In this document: positions 53,956 to 64,000 of the stretch, in pieces | How positions within the stretch are numbered: the stretch's first letter is position 1 | How the letters are laid out: each line of letters opens with the position of its first letter | Assembly (NCBI GenBank): GCA_025786725.1 | Contig: JAHLTZ010000041.1 | Location: 62,001 to 126,000 of the forward strand | Length of the DNA stretch: 64,000 bases | Direction of reading: 5' to 3' | DNA from: Syncephalis fuscata S228 | Lineage: Eukaryota; Fungi; Zoopagomycota | Made by a program: the position numbers and the translations under genes | The notes under the pieces: generated by a model | What the model was told of the DNA's origin: nothing | Seen by the model: only the letters and a program-made list of their open reading frames with translations | Databases searched by the model: none

Positions 53956-55553
53956 ATGACCACGATTGAGAAGATTAAGGAAATCGAGTCCGAAATGGCT
54001 CGTACCCAAAGGAACAAGGCAACTTCGTTCCATTTGGGTATTTTAAAGGCTAAATTGGCCAAACTACGCCGTGAATTACTTACACCCAAGGGTGGCGGCG
54101 GTGGCGGCGAAGGAGGTAAAGAATCATGCTAATGACTATTCAGTAGAATAGATTGCACTAATATTGCTGTGTTATAGTTGGATTCGAAGTTGCCAAGACG
54201 GGTGTGGCTCGTATTGGATTCATTGGTAAGCAATATAATACTATTGAGTAGTAAAGAACAGTTTAGTATGTCATAATTAACTTTTAACAATACTATCGAT
54301 GAATAGGATTTCCGTCGGTTGGTAAATCGACATTGATGTCAAAAATGACTGGTACCTTTTCAGAAGTCGGTGCCTATGAATTTACCACACTTACTACAGT
54401 GCCGGGTATGATTCAATATAAGGGAGCAAAGATTCAAGTAAATAGCTATTAATTAAACTGTTGCAATAATATTAATAATGACTATTTAGATTCTTGATTT
54501 GCCTGGTATTATTGAAGGCGCCAAAGATGGTAAAGGTCGCGGTCGTCAGGTTATTGCTGGTAAGAAGCGATTAGTTTATTTGCTCGTCTATCAATGCCTT
54601 ATAATTGTATTTATTTAGTTGCCCGTACCTGTTCTCTAATCTATCTTGTACTTGATGTGCTTAAACCAATGACTGATAAACATTTGATCGAACATGAATT
54701 GGAAGGATTTGGTATTCGATTGAATAAAGAGCCGCCCAACATCTACTTTAAACGCAAGGAACGTGGTGGCATTAACATGACCAACATGGTGCCACTAACA
54801 AATCTTGATCTAGATCAAGTGAAGGCCATTTTATCCGAATATAAGATTCATAATGCCGATGTCAGTTTCAAATGCGATGCTACAGCCGATGATCTTATCG
54901 ATGTTATTGAGGGCAATCGGTAGGTGCAGTTATATTAATATTGTAGTTGTTATATTGACTAATAATTACATTTAGTGTGTATATTCCCGCTATTTACGTA
55001 TTAAACAAAATTGATCAGATTTCAATTGAGGTAATTCATTGAATATAACAACTATGCCATTTATAACACTTTATTAATATTCATATTATTTATCAATATT
55101 ATTAGGAATTGGATCTGGTTTACAAGATTCCTCATGCTATTCCAATATCTGCACATCATGAATGGAATTTCGATGAATTGCTAGAGACTTCATGGGAGTA
55201 TTTGAACCTTGTTCGCATGTAAGTGGCAGTTCATTAATATATATATATGTAAATAAATATATTTACAACAACATATGCTAGCTATACCAAGCCTAAAGGT
55301 CAACTGCCTGACTATGCTCAACCGGTCGTATTGACCAATGGTAAATGTACCGTTGAGGACTTTTGTAACTCCATCCATCGTTCCATTCTAAGCCAGTTTA
55401 GAACGTAAGTAAATAATGAATCAAAGAATTGGTTACTTACAGCTATTCCATAGCGCACTTGTATGGGGCAGTTCAGTCAAGCATAATCCACAGAAAGTGG
55501 GCAAGGAACACGTACTTATGGACGAAGATGTCGTGCAAATTGTTAAAAAGTAG
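53956..55553 (+). CDS. RBG1: Developmentally regulated GTP-binding protein DRG1/Rbg1
   Basis: [64 protein letters not shown] and a TGS-domain end ...[10 protein letters not shown]. Confidence 0.95.
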
Positions 55554-56234
55554 GTGGATTTTATTATATTATATACTAGAATAGTAAATAACCATTCAAT
55601 TGAATATTATTGCTGTTACTACTGTAGAGTGTAAGCTGGCACACCATAGCAATATTGCCATGGCTCACACAGCACCAACAATAAACACATTCAATTAAAA
55701 CCAGCCGCGTCTTCTTCTTTTTCTTCCTCTTCTTGTTATTTACTTGAGTTATCCTTGTTTTACTTTTGCATTTACTGAAATGAAATGATAAAGGATGATA
55801 AGAAAGACCACGCCTGCTCCTAATAGATTGCAAAAGGCCATGAGTTGGCTATCAGACATCATTTTGTAGACTGTAGATAAAAGTAAATGCTTTAAATGGT
55901 ATATATAAGTATTATTGTTATATTAACAGGCTATTGAGCAGTGTCTACCTACATCTACCACTGTAACAAAAAGTACTACTCAATAGTAGTGGTTTGAATA
56001 TGAATGGTATAAACTAGAGTGGATACTGTGTGAAGTGTGAGAAGCGAGTGTGAATGTGAGTATAGATGTAAATAAAAACGTAAATAATTGATAGTTTTTA
56101 AGAATCACTTTTTTAAACAAGCTTTATTCCGCTTGGATTCTTGCTCTTTTACGATTACACTGGTAGTGCTATTTGTTCTAGCATATTGTTCCGAGTTATT
56201 ACCATACACGCTTATTAACAGATTCAACTTAAAA

Positions 56235-57584
56235 ATGCCACCAAAGAAGGCGGGTAAGGGCGAGAAGACCGTGAAGAAGGAGAAGGCCAAGCTTATCGAT
56301 GACAAAACATTTGGTTTGAAGAATAAGAATAAATCGGCCAAAGTCAATCGCTATGTTCAGCAAGTGAAACAGCAGGTCGAAGTATCGGGCAACCGTAAGG
56401 ATATGGTAAGTATATTTATGGTAAAGTGTTCTAACTACTAATCTAATAATATATGTAGCAAGAGAAAGAACAAAAGAAGCGGGATCAGGAAAAAAAGAAA
56501 GAAGCCGAAGCAGCACGTAAAGCTGAATTGGCCGAGTTATTCAAGGTGGCGCAGGTACAGCAGAAAGTACCATTTGGCACAGATCCAAAGACTGTATTTT
56601 GTGTCAACTTTAAAAATGGCCATTGTGCTAAAGGAGACAAGTGTCGATTCTCACACGATCCAAATGTTGGTCGTAAACGTGACAAGATTGATTTGTATAC
56701 GGATCAGCGTGCTAATCAGGAAGAAGGTAAATAGCGTGTTAATAATATGTGATGTCTATTAATAGGGGTGTCTATAGATACAATGGATACTTGGGATCAA
56801 AGTAAATTGGAAAGTGTTGTATTAAGCAAGCATGGTAATCCTCGTGTTACCACCGAGATTGTATGCAAATACTTTTTGGAGGCTATTGATAATGGCAAAT
56901 ACGGCTGGTTCTGGGAATGTCCCAATGGTAAGAATATAATCGATTGAAAACACTGATTGAGCTAAGCTGGCCAATAATATTAACTAGGTACAAAATGTAT
57001 TTATCGTCATGCTCTACCACCTGGCTTTGTTTTGAAATCAAAACAGCAACTTAAGGAAGAAGCGGAAAAGGGCAAGATTTCATTTGAAGAGTTCCTTGAA
57101 ACTGAAGTAAGTCGATTGAACGAAATTGAAGAGCAAGTTAGTTAAACTATGATGCATATATATATACTATCGTTGATTAGCGTCATAAACTGGGATCCAA
57201 TTTGACACCAGTGACATGGGAGAGTTTCTCGGCATGGAAAAGCTCACGAAAGGAACTTAAAGAGGCCGAAGAGAAGGCTTCTCGTCAAAAGAAAGAAGCA
57301 GCATTCCGTGCTGGTAAATCATTGCAAATCTCTGGTCGTGAATTGTTTGACTTTAATCCGGATCTTATTAACGACGGTGAATGGGCCGATGATGATGCGG
57401 ACGCGTTTGATTTGGCGGGTATGCGAGCCGAACAAGAAAAGGAAGAAGAAGCGAAGGCTAGCGCAGCTGAAAGGGCAAAGCACTGGCCGATGGCACCGAT
57501 GCAATAACAACAGGTGTTGGCTCACTAAACGTCGACGAGGATCTATTTGCCGAAGAAGATCTAGGCGATCTCGATGACGACTAA
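56235..57584 (+). CDS. TMA46: Tma46/ZC3H15 (DFRP1) CCCH zinc-finger protein (apparent 1-nt frameshift near 57480)
   Basis: MPPKK...[27 protein letters not shown]...[15 protein letters not shown]...[29 protein letters not shown] and ISGRELF. Confidence 0.93.
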
Positions 57585-57807
57585 GAGTAATAAACATAAT
57601 AAGCGTAATAAAATTTGATGGTCCTTTGTCGTGCTCAATTAAGGCAAATTAAGATTAAGCTAGATAGTAGTAGTAGTAGGTTAGATAAATGTGTATTAAA
57701 TAGTGTAAAATAAATAAATAATAATGATTTATTTAAAAGTTTAACATTAATAAACCATGTAAAAATAAAATTAAAAAGACAGTTACGTAAATGGTTTATA
57801 TAAGTGA

Positions 57808-58771
57808 TTAACATTTATTTTGCATAAAATACTCTTTCATAGCGTGCAAAGCGCGTGTGCGATGAGAAATCTCTAATTTAGTTGCTAATGGCATTTCAGC
57901 AAATCTAAAATAGGTGAATAAATGGATATTAGTTCATTCATACGTGTTTTATTTACTAACTTACGTTTGATTAAAGCCAGCTGGTTCAAATATTGGATCC
58001 CAGCCAAAATTGGCCGGTCCACGGGCTGGTACAACGCGTCCCTAGATGAACATAGTATATAGTTGGTTGTTATAGATGGATTAAACAACAAAATAGTACA
58101 TGGCTACTTACATTACAACGACCCTGGAAGAGACTGGCTCTTCATTTGGCCCTGTGCAATAAGCAATGGTGCACAGTGCATAGGCAGTTTTATCTTCAAA
58201 TCCAGTTAACATACGATTCAATCCTATATATTTCATATTAATAATGGTATTAGTAAGTCGCACTGAAATACTAATAAAAATATTTATATCTGTTATACTT
58301 GCCATCATGTCCAATTTTATCCATAAACCATTTGCTATTATTATTATTATTATTATTAAATTGTTGCATCTTATATTAATTAAATGGGCTATTACTTACA
58401 TATAAGGACCGGGAAGTCCTTCAAGTGCATTAAAACAGAGACACGTATCTTCCGTAATCACTGGACCATTAGCCTATTCTTTATTAATTAATATTTGCTA
58501 GACGTGTTAATACTGTTCATAACACTCACTTGACGTGCGGCTAAGCGACTTTTCTCGGCAGCAATATGCAACGGATCACCTTGTAGCTCTGGCACTATTT
58601 GGCCAATCAGTTCAGCTGAATTACGCGATAAATAAATAAATATTTCTACTTACAATCAATCTTGGTGGATTCAACGTTGATTATACCGTCAAGCGTTGCC
58701 TTTACCTCGGCCAGCTTGTTTTTGTTGCCCGTAACAAATGTGAGTGTACGTAGTGCCTGAGAAGTAGCCAT
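57808..58771 (-). CDS. HAM1: Inosine triphosphate pyrophosphatase ITPA/Ham1 (apparent 1-nt frameshift near 58131)
   Basis: [41 protein letters not shown] and ISHR. Confidence 0.93.
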
Positions 58772-59163
58772 GGTCGTTATAATTGATATCAGCAACAATA
58801 AGCAGTTTTATTTTATTTTAATCTACTAACCTTTAGTCTAATAAATTAAACTGTTACTTGAGCATCACGTGATATGGCGGTGTTCAAGTAACAGTTTTGT
58901 TTTCTTTTGTGTGAGGTCATATCCTATAGTCAATCAATTAAATCGTTGTTTACTCCTTATTCTCACTCACTCGCCCACTCACTTGCTTATTTGCTTCTCT
59001 TCCTTTTTCTTCCACTTGCACGGTTATTAGTAGCAAAGAGCAAACGCGTATTCTTTTGCTGTTTTTTGTTTTTGTCTACTGATTCTCTATTCGACAAGTA
59101 GTCTCGTGCGCGTATATACATTGTTTACAGCGTGTCAGCACATAGCTTATTACTCGTTTGATC

Positions 59164-60865
59164 ATGTCTACTGTCGAAAAGTCTGAAGCGCCTGTGGTCG
59201 ACGCCACCATCAATAACTCGGATGTCGTAACCAAGTATACCAAGGCGGCCGATATTGCTAATCGTACGTCATGGCTATTTTACGAATTTAATTGTATTTA
59301 TATCTAGAAATGTATTTTTCTCACGATAGGTGCATTGGCCAAAGTGACCGAAGCCTGTGTTGCTGATGCCAAACTCATCGATGTATGTAACATTGGTGAT
59401 GAGTTTATTACAGCTGAACTCAAGGGTGTGTATGCAAAAGGCAAGGTACCAAAGGGTAAGTAAATAGTTAGGGGTATATTGAAAGTTTTATTAAATATTG
59501 ATAACATGTATATGTAATGTTATGTGTGTGTACGGCCAGGCATTGCATTCCCAACTACAGTGACACCTAATCATATTGTGTGCCACTTGAATCCTCTCGC
59601 CAACGACCCCGAGGCCAACATAACAATTGCCGATGGTGATGTGTTGAAGATGTAAGTGCATTATGAATAGACTGTAGATTTGCTAAACAAATTGATTTAC
59701 GGCCTATTAGTGTATTGGGTGCGCAAATTGATGGATTCTGTGCAGTTGCTGGCCACACTATTGTGGTTGGTGCTTCTGAGGTTAGTTATTAAGTTATAAA
59801 ACAGCACCTATACACTGTTAATACTTATGGCATCACCACTGACTATGACGTATAGGCCAGTCCAGTGACAGGTGCTAAAGCCGATGTTATCACTGCCGCC
59901 CATGTTGCTGGCGAGGCCGTACTACGTATGATGACACCAGGTCGCTCAGTAAGTGTACAGGCGTGTTTTAAATACACGTTTATATTGTTTCGCTTTCTAA
60001 TAATACCAATCGCCCAATGGTTAGAACAAATCCATTACCGAGACAGTCGATAAGATTGCCGCTGCCTATAATGTAAAGGCCGTCGAAGGTATGATGTCTT
60101 ATCAACAAGAGCAGAATGAAGTTGATGGTGGAAAGAGCATCATTTTGAATCCAAATGAGCAACAACGCCGTGACTATAAGGAGGAGAAGATTGAAGCCGG
60201 TGAGGTCTACTGCATTGACATGATCATGTCAACTGGTGATGGCAAGGTAGGAACAAAGACTAGCGAATCTGGTAATACAATGACTAACGCGTACAATGGT
60301 ATTTGTTATAGGCCCGCCCTTCGCAAATGCGTACAACGATCTACAAGAAGACCAATAACAACTACCAACTTAAGGTGGCTGCTTCTCGTGTTCTATTTAG
60401 CGAGATTAAGCAAAAGTTTGGCAACTTCCCCTTCACTCTACGGTAAGTTTATTATTAGCCATTAACTATCGCCGTAGTAACGATTCATCCATTATGACAG
60501 CGCTCTTGAGGATAGCAACAAGGCACGCTTGGCAATTCCAGAGTGCACCAAGACAGGTGTCATTTATCCATATCCAATCTTTGTAGAGAAAACTGGTAAT
60601 TGAATATAGCACTCAATGACAAGCAACTGGCCTGTACTAATTTAACGCTTGGCTACTAGGTGATACGGTTGCTCAAATCCAGTATACCGTGTTTGTTACA
60701 GCCAACGGACCTGTACGCATTACCAGCACGCCTGCATTGGACACTGCCGTCATTCAGTCAGAACAGAAGATTGAAGATGAGGAGATTAACGCACTATTGG
60801 CCCAAACATTGGCCAAGAAGAAGAAGAAGAACAAGAAGCGATCCGGTAAATCAACCACGGCCTAG
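59164..60865 (+). CDS. PA2G4/Ebp1/Cdb4-family MetAP-fold ribosome-associated protein
   Basis: VVTKYTKAADIAN, GIAFPTTV, LGAQIDGF, VEGMMSYQ, EVYCIDMIMSTG, FPFTLRAL and a Lys-rich tail. Confidence 0.9.
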
Positions 60866-62199
60866 AGGTGAAACCAAGTGTGCCAAGCTGTCTGTAAACA
60901 CGTCTACCTATTTATTCATCCTATAGGTAGATGATGCTACAGCAATGTAGTGGCGATAATAGTGGTAATCTAAGAATAGTATTGAATAGAGTATGAAGCC
61001 ATTGGATCCAGATAGGCCATTACCACTATTTTTTTACCTAGTCTCAAATTATTATCCAGTAACAAGATGTCGAATTTCTTGGTTGTTTTGTTACTATTCG
61101 CACATACACATTCTTTTAGTCGTACGAGAACAATAAAATTGATAATAAACCCATATTAAATACAATGATAATTGAATTGAATTGAATATAATAAAATTGT
61201 TATAACAAAAACGATTGTAATAATTAGTATTATGATGAGTATTAAATAAAGCTCGCTGTTTACTAAATATGATACTATTAGTGTTATTAGTATGCTTTTT
61301 ATCAGTGTAATGAGCATTGGTATTTGTTATTGTAATAATTAGTGTAATCAGTGTTCGTTATCAGCATTATTGGTATAGTTAACACTCTTTATTGTTAGTA
61401 TTCGTATAATAGAGTTTCGACAATCATATCCATTAACAAAGAATAGCGCGTGAAAATACCAATAATCTCACAATGGAGGCAGCGTACAAGGGGTAAATAC
61501 ACTCTTGAATGGAGATTCAAGTTTCAGATTGAACGGAATAGAAACAAAAATCCAACTAACCAACCAGTTGTGCAATGACAAAGGCCATGCATTGGGCCGT
61601 GGCAACATATGGTTAGTTAGCTGTACAGCGAACAGACGAAGCAACAGGTGTGTACGGATCAAGGCAGTCAAGGTGAGCAGATGGCAGCAATACACGTTGC
61701 CCGAAACTATTGCCGATGCATGGATAGGCTAGCAGGTATTTACTGCATAGTCTATGTTAGGGCAATGTTTCAACTTGGTGTATCGTGTGCTGTTCATTGC
61801 TATTCCAGATGCATCCGATACTCCGTACTTTTCCCGTCCTCTCTACTTCAATTTACTATATATACTCGTGCATCCCGACACCCAGCCTTGTGCTGAGTCA
61901 CATATTCACTCGTTTATTAAGCTGTGCTATCACGGCTTCCACATTTGCATTATTGCTGCATTCTCTTTTGTTTTCGTTCTCACTACTCTAGCACTTTGAT
62001 TCGGTCCTCTTTTCATTTAAATTGATCGTGTGCGCGACTCATTGCGATATCATATCATACATATCGATTTATCTCACTACCGATAAGCATTCTGCACCAC
62101 AACAACTCAACGCTCCTTCCATCTATCACTAGGCATATAAACCGCGTACGACGATTTGATTCGTAGCTTTATTCAACACTATCCAACAACAACGACAAC

Positions 62200-62699
62200 A
62201 TGCGTTTCTCGGCTCATACTCTTGCATTGGCCTGCCTCTTGGCTGTAGCCTTGTCTGCAGCGACCGAAGCTGTCCCTCAAGATGGTGGTAAAGGCTTACT
62301 GGGCTCACTTCTAGACACTAAAAGTGGTAAGTACTTTTATCTAACAGTGCATCTTTTTTTTGCATGCTGGTCAAGGGGAAGGCGTGGTTATGGTAAACTA
62401 TAAATAGCACAGTAGAGAAAAGAAAAAAGGCGAATAGCTAAGTTGGTATTGGTTACGCAGTATACCGATAAGATCTACAATTTAATTATAGTGTGTGTGA
62501 ATGGATGTGCGTATTGTTGGTGTTGTTTTCTATTTCTGTCTTCTTTTTTTGTTTGGTACACGTTTTTGACTGTATTTTTTCTGTTCTCCTATTTTGTTCT
62601 ATTCATAGTACCCTCAACTGGTGCTGGCACCGGTTCCCCTGCTGTAACTAATAGTGGTAGTCATGCACCTTCATCAGGTAATGCTCCACCCAATGCTGG

Positions 62700-62730
<31 letters not shown>

Positions 62731-63273
62731 GATACGACCAATCCTCTACATGATGCATTCTCAAAACTTACCAATGGATCTTCTGTGCCCTTACCTGTTG
62801 TAGGCGACAAGAACACATCCTCGCAAACTGGCTCTACCCCGGCTACCGGAACCGATTCATCATCATCGTCGTCGTCTTCATCGTCATCATCATCGAGCAA
62901 GAGCTCGTCGAGCTCGTCGAGCTCATCAAGCTCTTCCAATGGCTCGACCTCGACTAAAACAAGTACATCAACAAGCAAGTCCGAAACCATTAACACCGGT
63001 ACTGATGGCGGTACTACTACCTCAGGCAGCGATGGTGGTGTAACCGTTCAACCACCAACACAAACAACGACAGATAGCAACAACAAAATTGTGGTTATTA
63101 CACCAACCCAGACAATTCTCGTTCCCGCTAGTAAGAAGCTGAACTCAAATGCTGGCGACTCTGACAATGGAGCTGTTGGCAACAACACTCCATTCGGTAG
63201 CAGCGGTTCGATGTTCTCCGTCTTTACTGTAGGCGGTCTATTGCTTAGTGGCTGGATGGCTATTGGTGTATAG
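62200..63273 (+). CDS. Secreted Ser/Thr-rich cell-surface protein, probably GPI-anchored, 2 exons
   Basis: Signal peptide MRFSAHTLALACLLAVALSAATEA, intron 62327-62608, poly-T/poly-S tracts and a hydrophobic C-terminus. Confidence 0.8.
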
Positions 63274-64000
63274 TGCACTTTTACTACCTAGAATTCATTG
63301 ATTTATTCAATGTAAATAGTGCAAAGTATTTCCATATGATGTTATCCAATAAAGTTTATGCCTAAAATACTTATCTGAGCATTTTGACCAATGTCACTAA
63401 AGTAGTTCACACTAAGCAAATGGCTATATTTAGCAATATTGGATTATTTAACCTTGTATTTATTATAGCGGCTAATGATTTATTCATAAACAGTAAATTG
63501 TATAACAATGTTAAATGACCCACAATACATGTTCATTATCGTGACAACATTAGCAGAAATAAATAAGAAAATTAAATAAGCTATTGCTATTATTGTTAAA
63601 GTAAATGTAAGATGTTAATGTTTGCAAAAAGAATATTCAGTTAGTAAGCTAAATGGTACAATATATTGCAATGCAAATCAACTGGCTGTGTATTACATTA
63701 TTGAACTATGTAACAAGATTTATAATTAAAATAACGTAATATTGATGGCCACAACTATTTGATCAACGTAAACTGCTTTAGTAATGCCGTCCGGGATGCT
63801 CAAGGCCAATGCACTTTTAATTTATAGCATATTGAAGAAATAAGAGTACAAGTGGCGTTGTTTTTGCGGAGAATGCAGGATCAAGGTGTATCAACGCTAA
63901 GATTGACAACTATCATTGCTATTGCCATGAAACTATTAATGTACACATCCATATGGATGATTGCAAATAAGGCCAGGCGCATTAAGAATCATCCTGGAAT

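Overview
This is AT-rich eukaryotic DNA with short spliceosomal introns (mostly 45-90 nt). The gene set (MTA9-like MT-A70, Iml2/TTC39, Skg3/Caf120, Lec1-like PX) points to an early-diverging fungus; a Zoopagomycota/Syncephalis-like organism is my inference. The window holds about 20 protein genes, 3 intact tRNAs, 1 pseudo-tRNA, a 2.25-kb inverted repeat and four copies of a TIR-like dispersed element. The standout is the ~84-bp 'minisatellite' at 48.6-50.9 kb. On the minus strand it is a chain of 28 canonical introns separated by 27 exons of exactly 3 nt each. Spliced behind a signal-peptide/RR-propeptide exon, these exons spell a 27-aa four-Cys peptide (DPPVFSCTIRPPPDCPNCPLGGGTNNC), and the stop codon forms at the last junction. 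Any exon-skipping combination stays in frame and creates no internal stop, which suggests a splice-encoded combinatorial peptide library. Also notable are a secreted protein-kinase-fold protein, adjacent DRG1 and DFRP1 partner genes, and several 1-nt deletions that look like assembly errors. All gene models were read by eye.
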